Of a DNA stretch of 64,000 nt, positions 48,283-56,619 are shown one piece after another. The number at the start of each line of letters is the position of its first letter. The stretch's first letter is position 1. The notes beneath the pieces are model-generated. The model did no database searches, had not been told where the DNA came from, and was given only the letters and a program-made list of their open reading frames with translations. The position numbers and the translations under genes were made by a program. This DNA is from a virus, in the IMG/VR virus record IMGVR_UViG_3300047557_002442, positions 1-64,000 of that record; one strand, written 5' to 3'.

Positions 48283-48867
48283 TTAATCTTTTTCGTTGTT
48301 GTAAATTTTGTCAAATAATTTCTTTTGTTCCGTATACCACTCTTGCCAAGCCTTTGTCTGTTCTACTACTTCGTGGTAGATTCCGTAGTTTTCTGTGACG
48401 GTTCTTCCGACATCAGAGATTTTAACTTCGGAGGTTCCTTCATAAGATTCGCTGGGGCTGTCGGGAACGACGGCTTTGGCGGCACTGTCATGAAGCAAGA
48501 CGAAAGCATTAGGGACACGGCAATCATTGTCATACTTTGTAACGTATTGATCAACATACTTGACGATCTCATTTGTTTTCTCCTTAATCTGTATTATCTT
48601 TTTGTCATGCTTATCAGCTAACATTTTATTAAGATCTGTTGACTCTTGTTGGTATTGTTGAGCCTTTGCCTCCAATATAGCTATTTGTTCTCTCATATCC
48701 TTTTGACCAAATATGAGGCCTTCCAAGAATACTGAAGCACAAAATATTAAAGCTGCTATTGGATATAATAGTATACTTCTCAATATCGATGCTACTATTA
48801 TACCACCAATTCCTACAAAAAGCAATAGATGAACTACCCAATCTGGGATTAAATTTATCACCCACAT
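48283..48867 (-). CDS. Inner-membrane spanin (Rz-like)
   Basis: N-terminal TM segments, coiled coil, CRVPNAFVLLHDSAA, then TVTENY..YHE...AWQEW. Confidence 0.75.
   Translation of the reverse strand: MWVINLIPDWVVHLLLFVGIGGIIVASILRSILLYPIAALIFCASVFLEGLIFGQKDMREQIAILEAKAQQYQQESTDLNKMLADKHDKKIIQIKEKTNEIVKYVDQYVTKYDNDCRVPNAFVLLHDSAAKAVVPDSPSESYEGTSEVKISDVGRTVTENYGIYHEVVEQTKAWQEWYTEQKKLFDKIYNNEKD
48366..48533 (-). CDS. Outer-membrane spanin lipoprotein (Rz1-like), embedded in +1 frame
   Basis: MTMIAVSLMLSS-C lipobox followed by Pro-rich VPPKPSFPTAPANLMKEPPKLK. Confidence 0.75.
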   Translation of the reverse strand: MTMIAVSLMLSSCFMTVPPKPSFPTAPANLMKEPPKLKSLMSEEPSQKTTESTTK

Positions 48868-48875
48868 ACTAACTC

Positions 48876-49544
48876 CTATTGATTTGTGAACTCGTCTATC
48901 ATTGGAAACACTTCACTGATTACCTTTGCACAAGCAATAGCTATATCAGCATGTTCCTTCTGTGTTCCGTTGGCAGAACGGAGTTCTATGTAATGTACCC
49001 ATGAACGAAGTGTTCCGTTCATATATAAGCGAGAAACGGTGTTTCCTTCTGGTAATACTGCACGTGCTTGCTCTTTTGCAATCCCATTACTGATTGCCCA
49101 TTGGTAGGCACGCTTTGCTTCCATAATAACAGAAAGCTGTCTATTTTCCCACTCTTCCTTCAAATATTCATCATCTGTTTCTACTGAGTTTTGACGATTC
49201 ACTGGATCTTGAAGTCTTGCTTCTCTTACCTCAAAATCAAGGTCTGATGTCGGATCTGCATAGCGCTGACTAAATTCTTGGAATGAAAATGATCTATGAC
49301 GAAGCATTTGTCTAGCTATATCACGGGTTGTAGTAATCTCGAGACATAGAGAGACCATCTCAAGAGGTGACCAATGTTTATGCTTTGTAAGATAGCGAAT
49401 CAGTTTCTCACTTGTTTCTGTATTGTATTGATTTGCTGGATTTGATACTCGTGCACAGAATGCTACTAAATCTTGAGCATCTTCGAGTCCTTGCTGTTTT
49501 ACTTCATCATGTGGTTGGGAGTAACTGATCAGTTTTATTTTCAT
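48876..49544 (-). CDS. thyX: Flavin-dependent thymidylate synthase
   Basis: HWSPLE; RHRSFSFQEFSQRY; IAKEQARAVLP; GTLRSW.HY; TQKEH. Confidence 0.96.
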   Translation of the reverse strand: MKIKLISYSQPHDEVKQQGLEDAQDLVAFCARVSNPANQYNTETSEKLIRYLTKHKHWSPLEMVSLCLEITTTRDIARQMLRHRSFSFQEFSQRYADPTSDLDFEVREARLQDPVNRQNSVETDDEYLKEEWENRQLSVIMEAKRAYQWAISNGIAKEQARAVLPEGNTVSRLYMNGTLRSWVHYIELRSANGTQKEHADIAIACAKVISEVFPMIDEFTNQ

Positions 49545-49545
49545 T

Positions 49546-50541
49546 TCATACCTTTTTCCATGTTGCCATTCTTGCTTTTGCTGCTAAGCCTTGAAAGACG
49601 TTTTCATCTATAATCTTTTTGTAAGTACTAAGACCACTCATAACCATTTCATTTATATCTTTGTAAGGTATATATTCGGGCCATATGGCAACTTTATAAC
49701 CTTGATCGATATATTTTTCTATCCTTCTAACAATCTCTTTATTACGAGGCTCATTATCAAACACAATAACTGCGTTGTCCTTATTGAGATCGGTAGGTAG
49801 ATCTGCCCCTGCCATTGCGATTGCATTAGGCAGAAACATAGAGTCAATTGGACCTTCCGTTACGTAGAAAGTCTTGTTCATATCTACAGAATCAAGACCA
49901 AATAGCTTTGGTTTTGAATCGTCAATAACTATAGTTATATATCTAATTCCATCTTTAGAAAAACTTCTTCCTTGCAGGGCGAATAAAGTCCCTTCTTTAT
50001 CGATAAACGGAATAACCATGCGGGGTTCATCGATGCTGGCATCAAATTTATCTGGAATGAAAGTATTGACCCATGCTTTAAATTTTGGTACATAAAATAA
50101 TTTTGCATGGAATGGAGTTGGAATTAATCTTGAGTCAACATACTGTTTTGCAGGATGATCCGGTCTTAACTGTGATACCTTCTTTAACATCTTGAGAGGA
50201 GACTCTTTGATAAACTTTGGCTTCTCGAAAGATGTTATATCAATAGGCTTTTGCTCTTGTGGAGTATGCTTAGCTACAAATCTTTCTTGAGCATATTCTT
50301 TATAGAGAGTTGGATCTAATGTCTTAATAAAGTTACCGAGTGACATTGATGCGCCACAGTTATGACAATAGAATACTGTTTTATCAGCTTTACTAAGGAT
50401 ATAACCACGGGTTTTTGATTTTTTAGTATGAGAATCCCCACATAGAGGACATCTGAAGTTATAGACGTTGTTTGTCTGTTTTTTGAAGCGTTCTAGTCTA
50501 GGGGAGAGTAAGTTTGCGTATTTGTAATCAATAAAGTCCAA
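49546..50541 (-). CDS. gp61: DNA primase gp61
   Basis: NFRCPLCGDS..K.RGY...CHNCG; QGR; EGPIDS.F; DNEPRN; KDINEM; TTG start with AAAGGA RBS. Confidence 0.95.
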   Translation of the reverse strand: MDFIDYKYANLLSPRLERFKKQTNNVYNFRCPLCGDSHTKKSKTRGYILSKADKTVFYCHNCGASMSLGNFIKTLDPTLYKEYAQERFVAKHTPQEQKPIDITSFEKPKFIKESPLKMLKKVSQLRPDHPAKQYVDSRLIPTPFHAKLFYVPKFKAWVNTFIPDKFDASIDEPRMVIPFIDKEGTLFALQGRSFSKDGIRYITIVIDDSKPKLFGLDSVDMNKTFYVTEGPIDSMFLPNAIAMAGADLPTDLNKDNAVIVFDNEPRNKEIVRRIEKYIDQGYKVAIWPEYIPYKDINEMVMSGLSTYKKIIDENVFQGLAAKARMATWKKV

Positions 50542-50568
50542 TATATAATCCTTTCGCTTAACAGCGTT

Positions 50569-50598
50569 ATTATACTGCTAAACGAAAGGATAAGTCAA
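50569..50598 (-). promoter_or_regulatory. Sigma70-type promoter for primase, nested in a 17-bp inverted repeat
   Basis: TTGACT-N18-TATAAT; repeat arms at 50575-50591 and 50548-50564. Confidence 0.75.
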
Positions 50599-50600
50599 CT

Positions 50601-50828
50601 TTATTTTATTAAATGTGATATGATGTATCCAATAACGATTCCACCACCGATAACCATCCATCTCCATTTTTCGAGATTGGTTAGTCTTTCCTCGATGTTA
50701 ATGAAATGCCTCATCAAAGCATCATGCTGCTCTTTTTGTTCTGCTCTGAGCTCTTTGATGTCTGTTGCTATATTTTTTACTTCATTTTCCAAGACGGCAA
50801 TCCTCGCTACTGAATCATACATTTCCAT
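50601..50828 (-). CDS. Coiled-coil plus C-terminal TM protein (XhlA-like architecture)
   Basis: RIAVLE...RL..LEKWRWMVIGGGIVIG. Confidence 0.65.
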   Translation of the reverse strand: MEMYDSVARIAVLENEVKNIATDIKELRAEQKEQHDALMRHFINIEERLTNLEKWRWMVIGGGIVIGYIISHLIK

Positions 50829-50833
50829 GACAA

Positions 50834-51118
50834 CTATTCTCCAGCTTGATCAGATCCGGACTTGATAGCTTCAACTTTTTCTTGTCCACGTGTCCATGCA
50901 CTGATACCTAAAATAGCACCAAATGCAATATGTATCAATCCACCACCTTGCAATGTTAATGATTGCCACATAGCAATATGTTGACCTGGATTCCAGAATT
51001 GTAACAGGTTAAAAAGTACTGGACCAAGAATAAAATCAAAAATATTGATAGCCATATATGTTACTGCCATCATAGGACGCCATTTCGTGGTCATCCAATC
51101 TTCTTTTTTAGCTGCCAT
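50834..51118 (-). CDS. Holin-like 2-TM membrane protein
   Basis: KWRPMMA..Y; GGGLIHIAFGAILGISAWTRGQEK. Confidence 0.6.
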   Translation of the reverse strand: MAAKKEDWMTTKWRPMMAVTYMAINIFDFILGPVLFNLLQFWNPGQHIAMWQSLTLQGGGLIHIAFGAILGISAWTRGQEKVEAIKSGSDQAGE

Positions 51119-51137
51119 GTTTTTTCCTTTGTTATTA

Positions 51138-51383
51138 TTATACCACACTTGCTGCTGTTATTAGCCCATTTAAGACTTCATTGAGCAATTGTTTTTCCGC
51201 TGCAGCTGCAGCATTATCTGCAATTACTTCTTGGGATTTCAAGTCTTTCAATAGTTCTACATATTCGGGCTGGGACATTAAACCAGCCTCATATAATGTT
51301 TTATACTTATCTGCCTTGTCGGCCAGTCCTTTTACGTATTCACTACTTACATCTGAGAATTCTGATAGAAATTGTTTACTCAT
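51138..51383 (-). CDS. Hypothetical helical protein
   Basis: ATGA overlap with the upstream lipoprotein. Confidence 0.6.
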   Translation of the reverse strand: MSKQFLSEFSDVSSEYVKGLADKADKYKTLYEAGLMSQPEYVELLKDLKSQEVIADNAAAAAEKQLLNEVLNGLITAASVV

Positions 51384-51763
51384 TTTGGTTTCCTTACTAC
51401 ACTATATTGAATAGCTTTGGCGGAATCATGAATGGTTCTGAGCTTAATCTTGCAATACTCCTCACTCACGGGTTCACCACTAGCATATCTACTTTTGAGA
51501 CCTTTTGTTATCTCAACCAAAGACTTTGCCATGTTGACAGTTTCATCATTATATGGTGTTACTGAGTCATAATTATAAAATTCAACAGATTGAATATACA
51601 ATTCACTGGATATAACAATCATTGAGTCTTTTTGTTCACAGTCAGCCAACTCAGCAGTTGTTCTAATTTTATTCACAAGCATGTGCTCAGTATCATTATA
51701 TCTTGCCATGTTTAGTATTGAGCAGCCTGTTAATAACAATGCCATTAAGGTTATTCTAATCAC
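51380..51763 (-). CDS. Lipoprotein
   Basis: LLTG-C lipobox. Confidence 0.75.
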   Translation of the reverse strand: MIRITLMALLLTGCSILNMARYNDTEHMLVNKIRTTAELADCEQKDSMIVISSELYIQSVEFYNYDSVTPYNDETVNMAKSLVEITKGLKSRYASGEPVSEEYCKIKLRTIHDSAKAIQYSVVRKPK

Positions 51764-52287
51764 TTTGGTGGACTCCTTCTCTCAATAGTCTTCATTAAAT
51801 TAAATTTGTTTTTACGTCGCTTGATAATACCAGGAGGTTCACCCTGAGCTCCAACACCAACCCCTGCTATCTTGCCACCACTTACGACGTTAGCAGGACC
51901 CGCAGCTTCACCTTCCTCATTTAGTTGCCTTTGCACCAAATGAATATAGTTTGGTAACATGTTTTCAACAACCAAAAACATCTCATCATCATCAAGATCC
52001 CTTAGGTAGGACTCTTCACGTAGCAACAAAAGAGCAGCAGCATAAGATGCTATTCTTGTCTTACCACCAGGTACTGTTCCTAGTAGTTTCTTTAGATTTG
52101 CAACAAGCCTGTCAAAGTATCTCCACGAATTCTTTTCTTCCATGGTTTTTAATGTTGAAGACTTTCTTAAAACCTTACCATTCTTATCAATGATACCATA
52201 TTTGTAGGCATCCCATTTTTCAAATGGAGTTGCAAGTCTCTTGATAAACTGATACGTAACAAACGTGTCAACTACTGGACCCGACAT
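51760..52287 (-). CDS. Conserved T4-like hypothetical protein
   Basis: FIKRL.TPF..WDAYK.GIID.NG; LV.NLKKLL...PGG.T..ASYAAALLL..E. Confidence 0.75.
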   Translation of the reverse strand: MSGPVVDTFVTYQFIKRLATPFEKWDAYKYGIIDKNGKVLRKSSTLKTMEEKNSWRYFDRLVANLKKLLGTVPGGKTRIASYAAALLLLREESYLRDLDDDEMFLVVENMLPNYIHLVQRQLNEEGEAAGPANVVSGGKIAGVGVGAQGEPPGIIKRRKNKFNLMKTIERRSPPK

Positions 52288-52682
52288 TATATTTTCCTTA
52301 GTGCCTGTACAATTCCTTCATCCAACGGGATGTCTGATACACTTATGTTCTTACCATCTATTCCAATGTTATATACAAAATCTGGACAATAGTTTAGTAA
52401 AACAAGAAATGGAATTAAGTACGAGTAATATTTGTTTAATTTAAAAAATAACATCCGTGTTGTTGCTGGAACACCAAATGTATTATATAAAATTATTATA
52501 TGGTTAAGGATGAGTCTCTCTTTGAGATCACCCTCTTCCTCATATCTACTAAACAACCTTTTTATATACTTGAACCTATTAAGGTCCTCATAAAATTCTA
52601 GCGTACTAAAACATGATGGGTTGTCATAATTCTTAGCCGCATATAATAAAAAGTTTGTTTCATCAAGTTTATCGCTGTGCAT
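52287..52682 (-). CDS. Conserved T4-like hypothetical protein
   Basis: NFLLYAAK.YDNP.C...EF.EDL.RFKYIKRL..RY...G.LKERLILNH.I.L.N.FG. Confidence 0.78.
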   Translation of the reverse strand: MHSDKLDETNFLLYAAKNYDNPSCFSTLEFYEDLNRFKYIKRLFSRYEEEGDLKERLILNHIIILYNTFGVPATTRMLFFKLNKYYSYLIPFLVLLNYCPDFVYNIGIDGKNISVSDIPLDEGIVQALRKI

Positions 52683-52688
52683 TATATA

Positions 52689-53048
52689 CTACCAAGTTTC
52701 GAGCAGAGCCCTCTTCCATGTATTTGTCGACACACAAACATACACATACGTGTTACCAAATCTAACTTCACCTGTTGTACCATTTGCACTGGCACTTGCT
52801 GGTATATTGTTTAGATTAGCAACAGATACTTTTGTTGATATGGTCAACGTGTCAATCGTAGCTGTATTGGATACTGTTACTGCATGTTTCAATCCAACTG
52901 GCGTTGATACATTAGCGAAAAAATTTGATACAGTTACTTTTTTGTTACTCGGGCTAGTGTTGGGGCTATCTACTACCATGAGTAGATCGTCCCCAGACAC
53001 ACTCGTGAGCCCTTGTAAATCAGTAATTTTTTTAGCTTGCGTAGCCAT
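52689..53048 (-). CDS. Small virion/fibre-associated protein
   Basis: KKITDL...DLLMVVD...NKKVT; P..ASA.GT.GE...YVYVC..TNTWKR. Confidence 0.65.
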   Translation of the reverse strand: MATQAKKITDLQGLTSVSGDDLLMVVDSPNTSPSNKKVTVSNFFANVSTPVGLKHAVTVSNTATIDTLTISTKVSVANLNNIPASASANGTTGEVRFGNTYVYVCVSTNTWKRALLETW

Positions 53049-53050
53049 TA

Positions 53051-53887
53051 TTATGCGTCAGGTAATACATCGTCATCGGAGCCATCTGTACTAATAGAAC
53101 CCATAGCAACCAGAGTTTCGTATTGTACACGACCAGCACGGCCACCAGAACCAACAGTACGCAACACCCAACCAGCGTGTGCTACACCTTTGTTCTGAGC
53201 ACCACCTACTACAGCAACACCAGTAGCTGTTTCACCAGTTAATGTATGACCAGTTTCACTGACACTTGCTGTTAAATCTATTACGTCACCAGAAGGTGTA
53301 GCAGCTAGTTTGATAGTTGTTGAGTTGGCAGCAACTACATAATATTTAACACCTGATGTTAGACCTCCAACAACAGTATTACCAGCAGCAACAGTATATG
53401 TTAGTGCATCCCCTACCTGAAACTTAGTATTTGCAGTTGTCAGAGCAATAGTATCATTTGTATTTGAAACGGCACTCAAAGCATTAAATGTGATGCCTGT
53501 TGGTGCTGCAATTGCTACCGTTGGATTTGTTTCATAGCTAGATCCAGCAGCAGTAATATTCAGAAGTGTAATTTTACCTGTAGATAGATTAGCAAACGCA
53601 TTAGCTGTTGCTGATGCACCACCGCCACCACTGATTGTTACAGTAGCATTGCCTGTATATCCAGAGCCAGCTGATGTAATAATCAACTGCGCTACGTTAC
53701 CAGAACCAACGGCATCTTCTGTTGGGTCTACAGCAAACATACCTGTTGTGACATTGGTAATAAATGCATCTGGTGTTGTGTTATCGTATAGGTTATCTCT
53801 ATTTGTTGTATTTGGTGCCAACTTTACACTTGTTGGAGCCCAAAGCACGCTGTTAGAAGCAGCGTCTGATTTTCCCCATTGAGACAT
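53051..53887 (-). CDS. Virion structural protein
   Basis: MSQWGKSD; AGSGYT..PTV.I repeats; HAGWV....G.GGRAGRV.YETLVAM; CTAAATA late-like element upstream. Confidence 0.7.
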   Translation of the reverse strand: MSQWGKSDAASNSVLWAPTSVKLAPNTTNRDNLYDNTTPDAFITNVTTGMFAVDPTEDAVGSGNVAQLIITSAGSGYTGNATVTISGGGGASATANAFANLSTGKITLLNITAAGSSYETNPTVAIAAPTGITFNALSAVSNTNDTIALTTANTKFQVGDALTYTVAAGNTVVGGLTSGVKYYVVAANSTTIKLAATPSGDVIDLTASVSETGHTLTGETATGVAVVGGAQNKGVAHAGWVLRTVGSGGRAGRVQYETLVAMGSISTDGSDDDVLPDA

Positions 53888-53925
53888 TTGTCTTTCTCCT
53901 TAATTTGTACTTTTATATTTAGTTG

Positions 53926-54636
53926 TTATAAAACTTTGTGAACAGACATTAAATGCTCGTGAGACTGCGCAATATGATCATGAACCTTAGCACGATCAGC
54001 TGGTTTCAATTTGTCTGTTGCTGTCATTACTTTATGTGCAACATCATGTGGCACAAAGTGTGTTTTACCATTAGCAAACTTGACATCAGCACCACCTTTT
54101 TCATGTTTCATATCAGTTGCGACTTTTAACTGTACCGCAATGTGCTTGTCAGGTTCTGACTGAAGGTGCGGACTTTCTGGTCTATCTGGACCTTTGTCAT
54201 CCTCTTCTTCGTCATCATCTTCAGACTTCTTAGCTGCTGGAGCTGGAGTCTTTCTTGGACGGCCACGAGCTTCATCAAGAATTCTTTTCAGTAACTCATT
54301 GCCTTCTTTAATGTGTTTAATTTTGCTACCCATTTCAGCAGCGTCATCAAGTTCTGTATCTGTAAGGTGTTCACCAACCTTGATACCATGAGCAAGATTT
54401 TTGCCAACTTGATGTACCTTGTACATTGGCTTACCATCTTTTTTAACTTGGCTAACATGTAATGCATCTGGATGCAATGCTTCATTCATACTCTTCTCTT
54501 TTTTCAAACGATCCACGACTGACTTGAGACCCTGCTTAGCTAGGTGTTTTGCAGAAGAATATCCCTGACCATACTTACCAGCCTTAGCAATTGGGTCTCT
54601 TGGTTTATCTGGTGTAAAAGGTGGTTTCTTATCCAT
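53926..54636 (-). CDS. Charged His-rich protein, probable internal head protein
   Basis: Lys/His/Glu-rich; several (L/I/M)-x-E sites (MNE, IKE, LDE); RGRPRK AT-hook-like motif. Confidence 0.55.
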   Translation of the reverse strand: MDKKPPFTPDKPRDPIAKAGKYGQGYSSAKHLAKQGLKSVVDRLKKEKSMNEALHPDALHVSQVKKDGKPMYKVHQVGKNLAHGIKVGEHLTDTELDDAAEMGSKIKHIKEGNELLKRILDEARGRPRKTPAPAAKKSEDDDEEEDDKGPDRPESPHLQSEPDKHIAVQLKVATDMKHEKGGADVKFANGKTHFVPHDVAHKVMTATDKLKPADRAKVHDHIAQSHEHLMSVHKVL

Positions 54637-54637
54637 A

Positions 54638-55132
54638 TTACATGCCTTTCTTTTTCTTATGATTCATGTGCATTTCAGATACTAAAACTTCAAGTTCTGT
54701 TATTGGAACACGCTTCTCAATACCATGCTCAAACATAACATCATACCATTCAATCAAACCATCTGCATTTGGTGTAGCGTGTTGGCTATGTAAGGTTTTA
54801 CCTTCACCAAGTCTTGAGTGTTTAACGTGAACAGCACAACAATGTTGCCCTGGGGTGTCACGTTCTTCGGCTTTTTTCATATGCATAGCTTCTTTAACAT
54901 CTGACTCTTCTTTTGATACTTTCTTGCCAGCTCGAAGTTTTGCAAAGTCCTCTGCATCAATTTTGTTTGGATCACCTGCCATAGCAGCGATTTTCTTTTG
55001 TTTTGCGGAAAGAACTTTTTCAGCAACCATACGGTCAACTTTTTTCTGTTCTTCTACATAGTCTTGAATGCTGTTACCTACTACACCCTTCACAGCGTCC
55101 ATCAGACCTTTACTTACATTAAATAATGCCAT
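54638..55132 (-). CDS. Probable internal head/core protein
   Basis: LSAKQKKIA...GDPNKIDAEDFAKLR; HCCAVHVKH...G.G...H...DG.IEWYDVMFEHGIE. Confidence 0.55.
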   Translation of the reverse strand: MALFNVSKGLMDAVKGVVGNSIQDYVEEQKKVDRMVAEKVLSAKQKKIAAMAGDPNKIDAEDFAKLRAGKKVSKEESDVKEAMHMKKAEERDTPGQHCCAVHVKHSRLGEGKTLHSQHATPNADGLIEWYDVMFEHGIEKRVPITELEVLVSEMHMNHKKKKGM

Positions 55133-55142
55133 TTTACTTCTC

Positions 55143-55757
55143 CTAGTCGTTGTCAATTATCTTTAATTTTCTTTGTGCTTTTAAATTTCTCGACAACGCG
55201 TAACGGCTGTTGTCTATATCTTTATCATGCTCTGTTGTTTTTGTATATGATGGTACTAAGAATCTCTTCATTGCTTTCTGGAGGTCAAACTTCTGTGCAT
55301 CAAAAATATTTCCTTCAGTATCAAGATGCTTAGTAATTCTACCCAACACCCCATCCAAGAAATCAAACTTCTCTAACATCTTTGCATTAGCAGCATGTAG
55401 TTTGATTCGTTTGATATAATTTTGTGCATCAGTAATGTCAAGAGGCTCAGCTCTTTCTTTTGAATCAACCTTCTCAACAAGAGCAAACAGTTGATCTAAA
55501 ACAATAGCAGCTTTTTCCATCTCATTAACATTTATGTCTTTTGGTAGATCAACAAATAACTTTTGTGCTTGTGGACTTACCTCAAAATGTTTCGTACGGT
55601 ATGTACCAACAGATATTTGATCATTCTCATCTGTCTCAACATCAATACGTTGTTCAATCATTGTCTTAATGATTGCTGTCTTTAGTGATTCGTACTGGCT
55701 TTGAGGTTTCACTCGACCAGTCATTAAGTCTTTAATTATATTTTCTACTGATCTCAT
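55143..55757 (-). CDS. Hypothetical protein
   Basis: TAATG-coupled ORF; YRTKHFEVSP.AQK. Confidence 0.55.
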   Translation of the reverse strand: MRSVENIIKDLMTGRVKPQSQYESLKTAIIKTMIEQRIDVETDENDQISVGTYRTKHFEVSPQAQKLFVDLPKDINVNEMEKAAIVLDQLFALVEKVDSKERAEPLDITDAQNYIKRIKLHAANAKMLEKFDFLDGVLGRITKHLDTEGNIFDAQKFDLQKAMKRFLVPSYTKTTEHDKDIDNSRYALSRNLKAQRKLKIIDND

Positions 55758-56200
55758 TATTGACCTTTCAGAACAGATTTGAGCATCCACTCATGTTTCT
55801 TGTGAGCTTCAATTCTGGCTTGCAAGAAATTTGACAGTCCAATTTGACTATATCTTTCGGCCATATTATAAAGCTCTAACAACTTTGTTTGATAGATGTT
55901 GTTGTTAGCTAACAAATCTCTATACATTGTAATAGGATCAGCTGGCATTGCTGGTGTTTCTGATAAATCAGACAACTCATCAAATCTCTTCAATGTAGAT
56001 GAAGTGTAGGCACCGAGTTGACGCACATGTTCAGCTAATGGATCAACAGAACCATAAACATCTGCATAAAACTCCCCAAAGAATTCATGGTCCTGTGGAA
56101 AATTTCTACCTTCCACATTCCAGTGGTAAACATTCGCCTTAAAATATAATTCAAATGTGGTTGCAAGTAACTTTTGCGTTTGATTAATTAGTTCTTCCAT
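55757..56200 (-). CDS. dps: Dps/ferritin-like protein
   Basis: YHWNVEG..F...HEFF.E.Y......D.LAEH.R.LG; H.KH.WML.S. Confidence 0.9.
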   Translation of the reverse strand: MEELINQTQKLLATTFELYFKANVYHWNVEGRNFPQDHEFFGEFYADVYGSVDPLAEHVRQLGAYTSSTLKRFDELSDLSETPAMPADPITMYRDLLANNNIYQTKLLELYNMAERYSQIGLSNFLQARIEAHKKHEWMLKSVLKGQ

Positions 56201-56619
56201 TATACATCCTTGTTATCTAACGGCCCATTTGTAAGCCATGCATCACAGGTTCTTGAACCTGCACATTTAAAATGAAAGAGTGTGCAGTAACCTAAATTTG
56301 CTAGTTTGACCGTTTCTTCGGCACCACCATCTTCTTTCTCACCCTGCTTTATACCATCTGACATACATTTAATCATTTCATCAGAAACATTAAAGGCAGC
56401 ACAGTTATGACATCTTGCTGTCTTTGCATACTCAACTGGTACATTCCACATCTTCGCTTTTGCCTTCCAAAACTCATTTGATGGTTCCATTGGATTGAGT
56501 GGTCCATATCCATATTCATCTATTGCATGTTGTCTATTTTTAAGATTCACGTGTATATCATATGTTGCTATTGGGCAACTTGTTTTTTTCTCGAAAATGT
56601 ATTGCTTGAATGTCTTCAT
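56200..56619 (-). CDS. Cys-rich protein with capsid-targeting-like N-terminus
   Basis: MKTFKQYIFE; CP.AT; RCHNCAAF; GYC..FHFKCAGSRTCDAW. Confidence 0.7.
   Translation of the reverse strand: MKTFKQYIFEKKTSCPIATYDIHVNLKNRQHAIDEYGYGPLNPMEPSNEFWKAKAKMWNVPVEYAKTARCHNCAAFNVSDEMIKCMSDGIKQGEKEDGGAEETVKLANLGYCTLFHFKCAGSRTCDAWLTNGPLDNKDV

Noticed and set aside
48283-48533. Possible frameshift or assembly error splitting an o-spanin
   Set aside because: Both frames are intact and fit an embedded Rz/Rz1 layout; no slippery site is required.
45290-49544. Introns, inteins or homing endonucleases in nrdA, nrdB, thyX
   Set aside because: All three are continuous and compact; the gene between nrdA and nrdB is an FmdB zinc ribbon.
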